From Microcoleus sp. (lineage in GTDB: Bacteria; Cyanobacteriota; Cyanobacteriia; Cyanobacteriales; Microcoleaceae): a stretch of 64,000 nucleotides of DNA. Of the stretch, positions 7,312 through 18,384 are shown piece after piece. Within the stretch, counting starts at the first letter, position 1; each line of letters opens with the position of its first letter. The stretch covers positions 1 to 64,000 of the forward strand of contig JAYFMW010000029.1 in the NCBI GenBank assembly GCA_042408215.1. The letters run 5' to 3'. The notes beneath the pieces were generated by a model. The model saw only the letters and a list, made by a program, of their open reading frames with translations. It was not told the origin of the DNA and searched no databases. The translations under genes and the position numbers were made by a program.

Positions 7312-9438
7312 TTACGGGTGAAAATAATCGTAAATTTGCTGTGCCAGGCGTGGCCCTATTCCGGGAACTTCGGTCAATTGTTCGGGAGTAGCTAAGCGCA
7401 GATAGTCGATCGACCGAAAATGTGCTAATAATTGTTTTTGTCGGTGGTGTCCCAATCCCGAAATTTCATCAAGTCGCGATCGCTTCATTCTTTCACTTCT
7501 TCGATCCCGGTGAAAACTCACCGCAAATCTGTGCGCTTCATCCCGCACCCGACGTAATAATTGTACGCCCGGCTGCTCAGAATTAGTTACCAGCGGCAAA
7601 GATTCCCCAGGCAAAAATATCTCTTCTCGCTGCTTGGCTAAACTCACAACGCGCAACTCTTCTAGCAAATTCATCTCCCGCAAAACTGCTACAACTGCTG
7701 AAAGTTGACCTTTGCCGCCGTCGATCATAATTAAGTCTGGTTTGTCAACAATCGGATGAGAAACCGTAGATAAACTGCCCATTTCTGTCTGTTCTCCTAA
7801 ATGTCTAAATTCTTCTTCTTCATTTTCAATTCCTTCTTTCCCATCACCTAAATTACTAAATTCATCTTCCTTCTTCCTTCTATCAGTTAAATCCGTTACA
7901 CAATCCGTTGCCGAACTTCCTTCTTCCTTCACTCCTCGAAATCTGCGACCGATTACTTCTGCTAAACTAGCAAAATCATCAGAATGCCCTGATTTAATTT
8001 CAGGGTTTTTAATCTTGTAGTGACGGTAGTGTTGGTGGGCGGGTAAACCATCAATAAATACGACGCGAGAAGCTACTGCATCAGAACCTTGAATGTGAGA
8101 AATATCATAACCTTCAATGCGGTGCGGAACTTCGGGGAAATCGAGAATTTCTGCTAAATCTTGCATTGCTTGAGAATTGCGATCGCTCAATTTTTGCAGT
8201 CTCGCCAATTCATACTCAGCATTGCGTTCCACCATCTCAATTAACTCTGCCTTAGTTTGCCGCTGCGGTGTCACAATCGCAACTTTTCGCCCCTTGCGAT
8301 TGCTCAACCAATCTGCTAGTATTTCCCCTTCTGGTAACTCATACTGCACTAAAATTTCGCTGGGAATTTCTACGGATTCTACATTTTGATAATGTTCCTC
8401 CAATACCCGTTGCAAAATCGCTCCGGCCTCTACCCCCCCTCGTTCCCCCCCTTGGTAATGGGGGGAGGAAAGAGAAAGTTGAGATAACTCTTCCCCCCCG
8501 GAATGTAGGGGCGGTGCCCCCGTGCCCGCCCTGGGGTGGGGGGGTGTTTCCGCCATAAATCCCAATCTTCCGACTAATTGGCCTGCACGAATTTGGAATA
8601 GTTGAATGCAAGCGTGCTGACTGTCTGCCGCAAGGGCGATCGCATCTCTGGAAACAGTATCATCAGGTAAAGACACTTTTTGACCCGCACTCAAAGACTG
8701 CAAACCCTTAATTTGGTCGCGAATGCGCGCCGCTATTTCAAAGTTTAAATCAGCCGCAGATAGTTCCATTTGCTGCTCCAGCATATCCAGCAATTCCTGA
8801 GTCCTTCCCTGGAAAATCATCGCCACTTTTTGGATAATTGTGCGGTAATCTTCCGCAGACATTAACCCTTGACAAACACCAACACAGCGGCCGATATCGT
8901 AGTTCAAACAAGGACGGTCTTTAAACAAAGGTTGAGGGCGCTGCCGCAGGGGGAAAATCCGCTTAATTAAATGCAGCGTACTCCGCAGCGCCCCTGTATC
9001 CACGTAAGGGCCGTAGTAGCGGTCTTTTGCACTACCGGCGCGGCGTTTGCGGGTAATGAAAATACGCGGGTATTCCTCCGACCAAGTTATGCACAAATAA
9101 GGATATTTTTTATCATCTTTGAGTAGGACATTAAAGTAAGGTTGATGCTGCTTGACAAGGTTTGCTTCTAATGCTAAAGCTTCGGCTTCTGTGTCGGTGG
9201 CGATGAATTCTATTTCGCGCACTTGCTGCACCATCATTGCAATGCGGGGACTGAGATTTTGGCTTTCGCGAAAATAGGAACGGACGCGGTTTCTGAGTCT
9301 TTTTGATTTGCCGATGTAAAGGATGCGATCGCTCTCATCGCGCATTAAATATACACCAGGTACCGCTGGAATTTCTTTGAGGCGACTTTCTAGGCGTTCT
9401 GAGTCTTTAACTAGAGGCAGAGTTTTTGTGGATGGCAT
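7312..9438 (-). CDS. uvrC: Excinuclease ABC subunit C (with two in-frame repeat-derived insertions)
   Basis: GIY-YIG ([21 protein letters not shown]), [28 protein letters not shown], HhH. Confidence 0.97.
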   Translation of the reverse strand: MPSTKTLPLVKDSERLESRLKEIPAVPGVYLMRDESDRILYIGKSKRLRNRVRSYFRESQNLSPRIAMMVQQVREIEFIATDTEAEALALEANLVKQHQPYFNVLLKDDKKYPYLCITWSEEYPRIFITRKRRAGSAKDRYYGPYVDTGALRSTLHLIKRIFPLRQRPQPLFKDRPCLNYDIGRCVGVCQGLMSAEDYRTIIQKVAMIFQGRTQELLDMLEQQMELSAADLNFEIAARIRDQIKGLQSLSAGQKVSLPDDTVSRDAIALAADSQHACIQLFQIRAGQLVGRLGFMAETPPHPRAGTGAPPLHSGGEELSQLSLSSPHYQGGERGGVEAGAILQRVLEEHYQNVESVEIPSEILVQYELPEGEILADWLSNRKGRKVAIVTPQRQTKAELIEMVERNAEYELARLQKLSDRNSQAMQDLAEILDFPEVPHRIEGYDISHIQGSDAVASRVVFIDGLPAHQHYRHYKIKNPEIKSGHSDDFASLAEVIGRRFRGVKEEGSSATDCVTDLTDRRKKEDEFSNLGDGKEGIENEEEEFRHLGEQTEMGSLSTVSHPIVDKPDLIMIDGGKGQLSAVVAVLREMNLLEELRVVSLAKQREEIFLPGESLPLVTNSEQPGVQLLRRVRDEAHRFAVSFHRDRRSERMKRSRLDEISGLGHHRQKQLLAHFRSIDYLRLATPEQLTEVPGIGPRLAQQIYDYFHP

Positions 9439-9721
9439 ATAAAAATCATACAAGACTTACAAACAGAGACTCAATAAACCAGAAATAGGAGTGAAAATTC
9501 TCGACTCAAACACATAATTTTCGTTCCACCTCCCAATTGCTTCATAGCCGTTGCATCCAAAAAAGTGATTATTGACACAAACACCATCTATTATCTTCTC
9601 TTCTCTTCTCTTCTCTTCTTTCTCTTCCTCTGTGTTTTCTGCGTCCTCTGCGGTTAATAAAAAAATCAATCTCAAATCATACAAACAATAGCTAGATGCA
9701 ACCTCTAATGCAAAAAATATT

Positions 9722-10474
9722 TCATAAAATCTGAGACAAAAATTTGCGCGTGCGTTCTTCTTTTGGATTCCGAAAAAACTCTTCCGGGCCAGCTTCTTCA
9801 ACCAAAACACCGCCATCCATCAACACAATGCGATCGGCAACTTCGCGAGCAAACCCGACTTCATGAGTCACCACTACCATTGTAATTCCAGTTTGAGCCA
9901 AATTTCGCATGACATCTAAAACTTCCCGCACCATTTCGGGATCTAAAGCCGATGTCGGTTCGTCAAACAGCATGATTTTAGGCTGCATGGCTAAAGAACG
10001 TGCAATGGCTACCCGCTGCTGTTGTCCCCCAGAAAGTTGTCCGGGATATTTTTTTGCTTGTGACAAAATTCCCACTCTTTCTAACAGTTGCATTGCTACT
10101 TCTTCAGCTTTTTTCTTTGGCCAACGGCGCACCCACACCGGCGCTAGCATGACGTTTTGCAATACTGATAGATGGGGAAATAGGTTGAATTGCTGAAATA
10201 CCATTCCTACTTCCCGCCGAATTGCTTCGATGTTGCGTAAATCGTGGGAAAGTTCTATTCCGTCGATCGTAATTTTACCTTGTTGGTATTCTTCTAAGGC
10301 GTTAAAGGTGCGAATAAATGTGGATTTACCAGAACCGGATGGGCCCATCACGACAACGACTTCTCCTCGGTTTACGGTCATGCTGACACCTCGCAGTACG
10401 TGAAATTGTCCGTACCATTTGTGGACGTTTTCTGCTAGGATTACTTGTTCTGGGCTTGTTTGCTGAGTTTCCAT
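9722..10474 (-). CDS. Polar amino-acid ABC transporter ATP-binding protein (AapP/BgtA-type)
   Basis: [32 protein letters not shown]. Confidence 0.95.
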   Translation of the reverse strand: METQQTSPEQVILAENVHKWYGQFHVLRGVSMTVNRGEVVVVMGPSGSGKSTFIRTFNALEEYQQGKITIDGIELSHDLRNIEAIRREVGMVFQQFNLFPHLSVLQNVMLAPVWVRRWPKKKAEEVAMQLLERVGILSQAKKYPGQLSGGQQQRVAIARSLAMQPKIMLFDEPTSALDPEMVREVLDVMRNLAQTGITMVVVTHEVGFAREVADRIVLMDGGVLVEEAGPEEFFRNPKEERTRKFLSQIL

Positions 10475-10490
10475 ATTTTTTTTCTTTTTA

Positions 10491-10660
10491 ACTACTGACT
10501 AATGACTAATGACTACTGACTAATGACTACTGACTAATGACTACTGACTAATGACTAATGACTACTGACTAATGACTACTGACTACTGACTACTGACTAC
10601 TGACTACTGACTAATGACTACTGACTACTGACTACTGACTACTGACTACTGACTACTGAC
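10491..10660. repeat. STRR heptamer tract (ACTACTG/ACTAATG)
   Basis: About 24 tandem heptamers. Confidence 0.95.
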
Positions 10661-10663
10661 TTT

Positions 10664-11863
10664 TTACCGATGACCTACTCCTAAACTTCGCTCTATTTTG
10701 CGGCTTGCTAGGGAGATTGAGTAGCAAAATACCCAATAAATGATGCCGATGAATATGTAAACTTCGGCGTATCTGCCGATGTAGGATGGATTTGCTAAAA
10801 TTGCGCGGGATATGCCTATTAATTCTAACATTCCGAATAGAGAAAGCAGGGATGTATCCATGAATAATCCGATGAATTGACCTCCGATCGCCGGAATTAC
10901 TATTCGCAATGCTTGAGGTAGTACAATTAAGACTGTGAGTAGGGGTGTATTTAGCCCGATCGCCCTTGCTGCTTCTATTTGTCCCCTGGGCACTGCCTGC
11001 AAGCCACCGCGCACGTTTTCAGCCAAGTATGCTGCACTAAATAGAGTCAGTCCAGCAATGGCTCTAATTACTCTATCCAATTTGGGATATTCGGGCGGCA
11101 AGAATAGTTGCAGCATCACTTGACCTAAAAACAAAATGCCAATTAATGGTAAACCGCGAATAATTTCAATGTATAATGTTGATAGCAATTTAACTACTGG
11201 CAAAGAACTTTGTCTACCGAGGGCTAGCAATACTCCCAAAGGAAAGGAAAGCACAATACTAATTACTGCTAAAAACAGGGTCAATACTAAACCGCCCCAA
11301 TCATTTGTCGGCACTTCTGTCAAGCCTAAACCGCCTTTTATTAGCCACAAAATTACTGGGAATGAAAGAGCCCAAACTGCGGGAATCCAGCCCATGATTT
11401 TCGGGTTGATTTGTCTACCGGCAAAATAGCTGGGAGCGGCTATGATAATATTTGCTAACAGGTAAAGGCGAGATGTGAGGTCGATCGGCGAAATTACCGC
11501 ACCCACAACCGCAGCAGCGAGTAAAATCAATAAAGGCGGATTCCAAAGCCTTTCTTGTCGCTGAATATTTCCCCAAGTTAAACCTCCCAGCAAAGTAATT
11601 ATTGCCGTTACTATCCACAGCCGCCAGTAGGATTCACTGGGAAATCTGCCGGCAAAAAATAGTGGCAAGTTGGCTTCTAATACTCGCCATTGAGCTTTTG
11701 TAGTGGCCCAAACGATAATTCCTTTAATCACTTGGAAACTAACAATTAGACAAACTACTGTCAAAATGCTGTTGTACCAGGTACTAAATAGGTTTTTGCG
11801 GGCCCAATTTGCAGGGGTGGGCGATTCGGTGGCTGGGGGCGGAAGTACAGGTATTGTTTCCAT
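10664..11863 (-). CDS. natH: Amino-acid ABC transporter permease (AapM/NatH-type)
   Basis: EIIRGLPLI, AYLAENVRGGLQAVPRGQIEAA, LPQALR; position in operon. Confidence 0.85.
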   Translation of the reverse strand: METIPVLPPPATESPTPANWARKNLFSTWYNSILTVVCLIVSFQVIKGIIVWATTKAQWRVLEANLPLFFAGRFPSESYWRLWIVTAIITLLGGLTWGNIQRQERLWNPPLLILLAAAVVGAVISPIDLTSRLYLLANIIIAAPSYFAGRQINPKIMGWIPAVWALSFPVILWLIKGGLGLTEVPTNDWGGLVLTLFLAVISIVLSFPLGVLLALGRQSSLPVVKLLSTLYIEIIRGLPLIGILFLGQVMLQLFLPPEYPKLDRVIRAIAGLTLFSAAYLAENVRGGLQAVPRGQIEAARAIGLNTPLLTVLIVLPQALRIVIPAIGGQFIGLFMDTSLLSLFGMLELIGISRAILANPSYIGRYAEVYIFIGIIYWVFCYSISLASRKIERSLGVGHR

Positions 11864-11865
11864 AG

Positions 11866-11933
11866 GTTGTTAGTTGTTAGTTATTAGTTATTAGTTATTA
11901 GTTATTAGTTATTAGTTCTTGGTTGTTAGTTAT
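11866..11933. repeat. STRR heptamer tract (TTAGTTA)
   Basis: Tandem heptamers. Confidence 0.9.
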
Positions 11934-11988
11934 TCGCTGTGAGGAGTTACTTAGGATTTATTGGTAATATAAATTCAATTTCAAGTCT

Positions 11989-13149
11989 TTATCTTTCCTT
12001 GATTTGTACAGTTTGATTGTACAAATTCATGAACAGAGAAATTATTAAACTAATGGTTAGATATGTTACCATGATAATTAACATGGCTTCGATCGCCCTT
12101 CCGGTTTGATTCAATGTCGGGGAAGCCACCACAAAGTAAACGTCGGGATAGGCGATCGCAACTGCTAAACTAGAATTCTTAGCTAAGTTCAAATACTGGC
12201 TGGTTAAGGGCGGAATAATTACCCGCAAAGCTTGGGGCAGAATTACCAGCCTCATCATTGTTCCAGATGTCAACCCCAAAGACTTTCCGGCTTCTGATTG
12301 TCCTTTTGGGACTGACTGAATTCCGGCTCGAACAATTTCTGCAATATAACTGCCAGTATACAGGCTGAGGCCTGTCACTAGGGCTGCAAATTCTGGAGTT
12401 AATTTCAATCCTCCTTCCAGTTGCAAATCTGCTGTCAGGCGGGGAAAATCTAAGCGAAAAGGCAGATTTCTGGTAATCATAAAAGCTGAGATTGCGCTGA
12501 GGGCGATCGCACTTAATGCCCAAAACAACTGTCTTCCCGGTTTAGCTTGTTCTATCATAACGCGGGCGCGCCACTGCCACAGCCCAGCCGCCACCAAAAC
12601 TCCGACAGTTAGCAAAATCAACCAAATTTCAAAACCGGGTAATACAGCAAGCCAAGGTAAAGCAATACCACGATTTGTAAAATATACTGGGCCGCTCATC
12701 TGCGGGTTTTCTTCCAGTTTTGGCAGGGAAATGAAAACTGCAAAATACCAGAAAAATAGTTGCAGCAATAACGGCGTATTTCGCAGAACTTCTACATATA
12801 AACCTGCTAAATTTCGCAGCAACCAGTTGTCAGAAAGGCGAGCAATTCCTACCGTAAAACCCGCAATAGTTGCTAGAATTATGCCAATTCCCATCACCCT
12901 AAACGAGTTAATTAAACCGACTATATAAGCTTGTCTATAACTGTTTTCTGGATTGTAAGCAATTACTTTTTCGCCTATATCAAAGGATGCTTGGGAATTC
13001 AGGAAGTCAAATCCAAAGGCGATGCCTAGTTGTGAGTAATTGGCGCTGAGATTGTCCCAGAGAATGGCTGCGACAACTATTACTAAAATTATGGCGATCG
13101 CCTGTCCGGCAATTTTCCAAAAGCGATCGTCCCGCAGCAGTTTCATCAT
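11989..13149 (-). CDS. natG: Amino-acid ABC transporter permease (AapQ/NatG-type)
   Basis: YVEVLRNTPLLLQLFFWY, YIAEIVRAGIQSVPKGQ.EA, NLAKNSSLA. Confidence 0.85.
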   Translation of the reverse strand: MMKLLRDDRFWKIAGQAIAIILVIVVAAILWDNLSANYSQLGIAFGFDFLNSQASFDIGEKVIAYNPENSYRQAYIVGLINSFRVMGIGIILATIAGFTVGIARLSDNWLLRNLAGLYVEVLRNTPLLLQLFFWYFAVFISLPKLEENPQMSGPVYFTNRGIALPWLAVLPGFEIWLILLTVGVLVAAGLWQWRARVMIEQAKPGRQLFWALSAIALSAISAFMITRNLPFRLDFPRLTADLQLEGGLKLTPEFAALVTGLSLYTGSYIAEIVRAGIQSVPKGQSEAGKSLGLTSGTMMRLVILPQALRVIIPPLTSQYLNLAKNSSLAVAIAYPDVYFVVASPTLNQTGRAIEAMLIIMVTYLTISLIISLFMNLYNQTVQIKER

Positions 13150-13281
13150 TGGTTATTAGTCAGTTGGCAGTTGACAGTTGGCAGTTGCGGTGCCCTGAGC
13201 CCTTCGACTACGCTCAGGGTAAACGCAGTCGTTGGGTCAGTTGTCAGTCAACAGTTGTCACTCAACAGTTGTTTTTATAAT

Positions 13282-13405
13282 AACCGATTACCGATTACCG
13301 ATTACCAATTACCGATTACCGATTACCGATTACCGATTACCAATTATCGATTACCAATTATCGATTACCAATAACTAATGACTGCTGACTGCTGACTAAT
13401 GACTA
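13282..13405. repeat. STRR heptamer tracts (TTACCGA/TTACCAA, ACTGCTG)
   Basis: Tandem heptamers. Confidence 0.9.
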
Positions 13406-13412
13406 GCAAAAA

Positions 13413-14495
13413 TTAGCGGAACGGCGGCGAGTACAACAAACCGCCATCTTTCCAGAGTTTGTTTTGACCCCGGTCTAACTTTAGTGTACTTTTGGGGCCA
13501 AGATTACGATCGTACATTTCGCCGTAATTTCCCACTTTTTTAACAATGCGAACGGCGTAATCATTCGGGAGTCCCAAACCTTTACCCAAATCTCCTTCTT
13601 TTCCTAGCAAACGTTTGACGTTCGGGTCTGTACTGCTGGCTACTATTTTGTCTACATTTGTCGAATTAATGCCCAAATCTTCAGCTTCAATCGCTGCGAA
13701 AATAATCCACCTCACCGCGTCCGACCATTTAGCATCGCCGCTTTTCACCGCTGGGGCTAAGGGTTCTTTTGACATCACTTCTGGTAAGATGACATTCTTC
13801 TCTGAATTCGGCAGGGTTGTGCGCTTGGATACGAGTTGCGATCGATCGGCCGTAACTCCCTGACAGCGACCTTCTTGATAGGTAGCAAAGGTAGCATTCA
13901 CATCTTCAAACACGACGGGAGTGTATTTAACTCCTAATTTTCGCATTTGGTCGGATAAGTTTTGTTCGGTACTCGTACCTGTTTGTACGCAGATAGATTT
14001 ACCTGCAAAATCTTTTAAACTTTTAATACCGCTGTCTTTTTTGACCATGATGCTTTGAGAGTCATAAAAAATCACAGGGGAAAATTCTAGTCCGGTGGTA
14101 CTGTCGCGACTCAGAGTGTAGGTAGTATTGCGACTGAGAATGTCGATTTCCCCGGCTTGCAAAACTGTAAATCTTTCTTTTGCGTTGAGATTTCGGTATT
14201 CTACTTTTTCGGGATCGTCAAATAATGCTGAGGCGATCGCCCTGCATACATCCACATCCAATCCTGAGTATTTGCCCTTTTCATCTACAAAGCTAAAACC
14301 CGGTAGTTGGCCGCTGACGCCGCAAATTAGTTTCCCGCGACTTACAATTGTATCTATCCGACTTGGGCCTTGTTGCGATTTGCCTTCGGTAGCAGTTGTT
14401 TGTCCTGTTTGTCCTGTTTGTGCCGATCGATCCCTACAAGCTGTCGGTGCGACCATTAACATAATTGCCAGCAACAGAAATCCCCATTTACGCAT
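13413..14495 (-). CDS. natF: Amino-acid ABC transporter substrate-binding lipoprotein (AapJ/NatF-type)
   Basis: Signal peptide with lipobox-like PTAC; GLDVDVCRAIA, SRNTT.T.SRD, SKEPLAP, GGLLYSPPFR. Confidence 0.9.
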   Translation of the reverse strand: MRKWGFLLLAIMLMVAPTACRDRSAQTGQTGQTTATEGKSQQGPSRIDTIVSRGKLICGVSGQLPGFSFVDEKGKYSGLDVDVCRAIASALFDDPEKVEYRNLNAKERFTVLQAGEIDILSRNTTYTLSRDSTTGLEFSPVIFYDSQSIMVKKDSGIKSLKDFAGKSICVQTGTSTEQNLSDQMRKLGVKYTPVVFEDVNATFATYQEGRCQGVTADRSQLVSKRTTLPNSEKNVILPEVMSKEPLAPAVKSGDAKWSDAVRWIIFAAIEAEDLGINSTNVDKIVASSTDPNVKRLLGKEGDLGKGLGLPNDYAVRIVKKVGNYGEMYDRNLGPKSTLKLDRGQNKLWKDGGLLYSPPFR

Positions 14496-14537
14496 AAATT
14501 TTAGTAGAACGCTTTCCTGACGATCCTACCTTGTCGC

Positions 14538-14583
14538 TGGCGAGAACTGTGGCGAGAACTGTGGCGAGAACTGTGGCGATCGC
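14538..14583. repeat. 12-bp tandem repeat TGGCGAGAACTG x3 ending in a HIP1 site
   Basis: Direct reading. Confidence 0.8.
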
Positions 14584-14729
14584 GCCTCACAACAGATTCC
14601 AGCTTCAGAATCGGCATTTTGCGCCCGGATGTGGCACGGCTACCCCATCGGCAACCCGCTGGTTATTTTTTGTCCGTGAGGAGCGATCGATCTTCGGTGT
14701 AAAATTTATTCGATTTTGATCTAATAGCC

Positions 14730-14957
14730 TCACAATAGCTCTGGCGCTAGGCGCTGCTCAGCTAAATCGCGGATTAAGGAAAGCCTAGACTGGATGTACT
14801 CGTCCAACAAATCTGCTTCTTTGCTATTGAGCGCAGAGTTCATTTTCAACTGTTTCAGCAACCACTGTGCCAGGGTGGCATCATCCAAAGTCACCAACAA
14901 AGTGGCTTGAGTGGTTTCAATTAATGACCAGAGCTGACGTAACATGACTGGAGTCAT
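14730..14957 (-). CDS. Small conserved cyanobacterial hypothetical protein (75 aa)
   Basis: MTPVMLRQLWSLIE...YIQSRLSLIRDLAE; AAGGAG RBS. Confidence 0.75.
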   Translation of the reverse strand: MTPVMLRQLWSLIETTQATLLVTLDDATLAQWLLKQLKMNSALNSKEADLLDEYIQSRLSLIRDLAEQRLAPELL

Positions 14958-15743
14958 CTGAATCTCCTTGAGAGTGAATGCCCATTTAAGGGGCGGGCTA
15001 GGCTCGTGGCTTCGACTTCGCTCACCTACCGGTCTTCGTGTTTTGAGCAGATAGACGAAAAGCACCTTCAGAGCCATCGGCTTAATGATTATTTTATATT
15101 TCACCACAATAACTGAATATAGTAGTGTCAAAGGCTACAACACACAAGATGTTATAAGAGTTCCCAATCTCGTAACATAGAGATAAATATCTTGATAAAA
15201 AATTAAAAATCTTTACACAAAATCGACAGCGGGGGCTGTGAGGCGCTGTTCAGAAGCGCGCTGGATGCCCACTCCACAAGCATAGTCCTGGAGCATAAAC
15301 TCTATCTGTAGGGTGCTTAGGTTGCACCTTACCGCTACCAATAGCCTGTTTTTGTTTCAGCATCTGCGTAGGATGCCCCGGAGCCTCCAAACCAGTTGAA
15401 ATCGAAATAATCAAGATCTGACACACCCTACAAGTTGATTTAACTCAGGAGCAGCCAAAAAAACACCCCCGCTCGATATTTCACTGACTAGGGGCGAACT
15501 GTTGAACCCCCGCCAGAATTATTTCTAATTCAACGATAGTTCTCACCACACTGGTGTGCCGATGTTATTGTTATTGACGATCAAAGTTTTTTCAACATAA
15601 ATTGTAAAATATCTGTGGCTAAAATACAATTTTTTGATATTGCTCCTGCATTCTACCTTTTAAAAAAAAAGTAGTGCTGCGCGGAAGCAAAGGCATACCA
15701 CCAGGCACTTGCTTCGCTCCCGTTGCTGGACCAGACGACGAAA

Positions 15744-16145
15744 CTATCCCATTAAAATCACGGTATCGATGACGTGAATCACGCCGTTATCAGCTTCGAT
15801 ATCGGCAGCGACAACTGTAGCATTTTTTACCTCAAAACCGTCAGAGCAATCAATTTTAATCGGCGAACCTTCCAGGGAAGTAACACAACCAAGTTTTGCC
15901 AAGTCAGCTTTCATAAACTTCCCGGAGACGACGTGAAACATCAGAATCCTCGACAGTTGGGGAACGTTCTGTACTAGAGTGGTGATAGTTCCCGGCGGCA
16001 ATTTGGCAAAAGCGTCGTCATTGGGCGCAAAGACAGTGAAAGGGCCCGGACTTTTGAGCGCGTCTACCAAATTAGCTACTTGTACGGCTGTTACCAGGGT
16101 TTGAAAGGAACCCGCACCTACGGCAATATCAACAATATCAGGCAT
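15744..16145 (-). CDS. Fasciclin (FAS1) domain protein
   Basis: [13 protein letters not shown] and [10 protein letters not shown] motifs. Confidence 0.95.
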   Translation of the reverse strand: MPDIVDIAVGAGSFQTLVTAVQVANLVDALKSPGPFTVFAPNDDAFAKLPPGTITTLVQNVPQLSRILMFHVVSGKFMKADLAKLGCVTSLEGSPIKIDCSDGFEVKNATVVAADIEADNGVIHVIDTVILMG

Positions 16146-16317
16146 TAAGTTTTACCTCAGCTCGTAAATTTTCTCTACTAAGTATCGTAAACTGATGTGG
16201 CAAACAATACCTACTGTGTTTGTTAAAAAATTGGTAATGGGGGAATTGGTAAATATTGTGTCCCTACCGATTTTTTGTATTGCACTCAACTCCTGAATCG
16301 CTATAATTGCGAAGCCT

Positions 16318-16785
16318 TTAACGTATTTCTATCATTGAGAGTGGTGGCGTAAGTCCTGCAATCTCAGCAGTATTTTTTAGTGACTCAGTAACAGCAGCAT
16401 TATTTGCTATGGCCGCAGCATTTGTTGTTTCTAAATCTGCTATTTCAGAACTTATATTTTGTCCCTTGTGAATGCTAAAACTGCCGTACAAAATTGAAAT
16501 TTCAAAAATGTCTGTAGTAATCACCGCAGGCTTGTGGTGTTTCGGCTCACCCAAATAAATTCCTAAAAATTCCGCTTCAAGTTCGCTAACTTCATCTTCA
16601 TCCTGTACAGTCCAACTAATCTCGCGACAGTCTTTGAATCCCAGCACATAAGGCAATCTTTCTTCTGGACTGTAAACGCATTCGATTAATACTTCCTTGC
16701 CCCATAAAGATACCTTGACATTTGTGATTAAAGATGTAAGACCACCCAATCCCAGCAAGTTATAGTCATCCTTCCAATCACTCAT
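16318..16785 (-). CDS. Hypothetical acidic protein, candidate immunity protein
   Basis: 155-aa ORF directly downstream of a toxin-CT-like ORF. Confidence 0.6.
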   Translation of the reverse strand: MSDWKDDYNLLGLGGLTSLITNVKVSLWGKEVLIECVYSPEERLPYVLGFKDCREISWTVQDEDEVSELEAEFLGIYLGEPKHHKPAVITTDIFEISILYGSFSIHKGQNISSEIADLETTNAAAIANNAAVTESLKNTAEIAGLTPPLSMIEIR

Positions 16786-16792
16786 TTAATTT

Positions 16793-17140
16793 TTATCCCG
16801 TATTGTGAGTACCTGGAATTAAATTACCCAATTCGGATCGCGTCCGCAATAAATGACCATCTCGATCGAGACGCAAACCTTTGTTGATATTTCTTCCATC
16901 TGATCCATATTTCGGTGCAGGCGCTCTAATCACTTCACCGTTAGGACGGATCATTACTGTTGACCGATCGAGAAATTTATATTTAACATAGCCATCTCTA
17001 GTAGTCTTTACTTCTGCACCCAGTCCGCGCAAAAAGTCATCGACTTCTTGATGAGTCATTCCGGTTAAGTCACCAAACTCCGATGCAATTCCATTTCCTC
17101 CAACTCCCTGACTGGGCACCCAAGTCTCCTCACCAACCAT
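16793..17140 (-). CDS. Hypothetical protein resembling an orphan polymorphic-toxin C-terminal domain
   Basis: 115 aa, Gly/basic-rich, ends THNTG; the stop looks premature by 5 codons. Confidence 0.5.
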   Translation of the reverse strand: MVGEETWVPSQGVGGNGIASEFGDLTGMTHQEVDDFLRGLGAEVKTTRDGYVKYKFLDRSTVMIRPNGEVIRAPAPKYGSDGRNINKGLRLDRDGHLLRTRSELGNLIPGTHNTG

Positions 17141-17256
17141 TGCCTCTTCGAGTTTAACACAGTATTCCCCATTCCCCATTACCAATTCCCGATTCCCCAT
17201 TCCCAAAACAAATAGGGCGCGCAGTGCGCGCCCTACTAGAAATTAGCTAACCATTA

Positions 17257-17697
17257 TTAGCCAATCTGCACTTTAACTGCATGGTTCTTTTCCGATTCAG
17301 CCTTGGGTAAATTCAGGTTCAAAACCCCATTTTTGTACTCAGCTTGTACGCTGTCATTTTGAATGCGTGCCGGTAGGGGAATTACGCGGCGGAAGGAACC
17401 GTAGCGGAACTCAGAACGAGTCATACCTCTTTCTTCAGTCTTAGTTTCCGATCGGCGTTCGCCACTAATAGAAACAGCTTCTGGCATCACTTCTACGTCC
17501 AAATCCTTAGCTTCCAGACCCGGAATCTCTAACTTAAGGTGGATGGCATCAGGAGTTTCATCCATCTCGGCTGCCGGTACAAAAGCAATACCATTAGAAG
17601 TGCGATCGATATGTGGTGTCAAGCTATCAAACCACCGATTCATTTCGCGCTGCAAGGAGTCCATTTCCCGCAAAGGTTCCCAACGAATAAGTGTCAT
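17257..17697 (-). CDS. hspA: Small heat-shock protein Hsp20
   Basis: MTLIRWEP.RE, SEFRYGSFRRVIPLP, AEYKNGVLNL.LPK. Confidence 0.95.
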   Translation of the reverse strand: MTLIRWEPLREMDSLQREMNRWFDSLTPHIDRTSNGIAFVPAAEMDETPDAIHLKLEIPGLEAKDLDVEVMPEAVSISGERRSETKTEERGMTRSEFRYGSFRRVIPLPARIQNDSVQAEYKNGVLNLNLPKAESEKNHAVKVQIG

Positions 17698-17949
17698 AAG
17701 TGTTCCCTCGAATCTCTTGACTTTCCGTCTGGTTGAATCATGTTTTATTCAACCAGTACCAATATATTCAATATCCAGAAACTAGGGGATTCGGTTTTCT
17801 GTAAAAGGATCGATCGCATTTCCGAACATTCGCGATGGATCTCGCTAAATCATCGCAGGTGCGGGGTCAGGCCCCAAGCCGAACCCAGCAATTTGAGATG
17901 TGAGAGGCGATCGAGCATAGACGATCTCAAATCTCAAATCCCAGGTGGG

Positions 17950-18237
17950 TTAACTCCATCGTGAGTGCTGAAAAGAAGCATAGGTATCAAACAAAGCACC
18001 CACCAAACCAAAAGTCGTACCAATCACCAAAAATCCCTGGAGAGGACAGCCACTCCCAAAAGTAGCTAAGAAGTGCAAAATCAGGTCTTCCCCAGAACGA
18101 CCAACCCCTTGGAGAGCCGGCACCATACCGATCAACAAAAAGCTAGTCAATCCAGCGCCGATGAACAATAAGGGGGCGACAAAGCTCAACAGGCCAGCCA
18201 GCAGCACAGAGCGCAGAAAATTGGGAAAAATGCTCAT
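17950..18237 (-). CDS. Small conserved membrane protein
   Basis: Hydrophobic 95-aa ORF with FLATFGSGCP motif. Confidence 0.7.
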   Translation of the reverse strand: MSIFPNFLRSVLLAGLLSFVAPLLFIGAGLTSFLLIGMVPALQGVGRSGEDLILHFLATFGSGCPLQGFLVIGTTFGLVGALFDTYASFQHSRWS

Positions 18238-18384
18238 AATCAGTAAATTCAGCTAAACTGCCGAAAGGCGTACAAGTCAACAAAACCTGTCCTTTTCCAA
18301 GATAGGTAGCGATCGCCCTCAGCGGCCAAATCTGTCAGAAATCTTAAATTTAATCAAAAAAACTTGTTTAAGATTTGTAGATAG

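Noticed and set aside
9457..9816. 119-aa ORF between the ABC ATPase gene and uvrC
   Set aside because: It overlaps the ATPase gene and runs through low-complexity/REP-like sequence.
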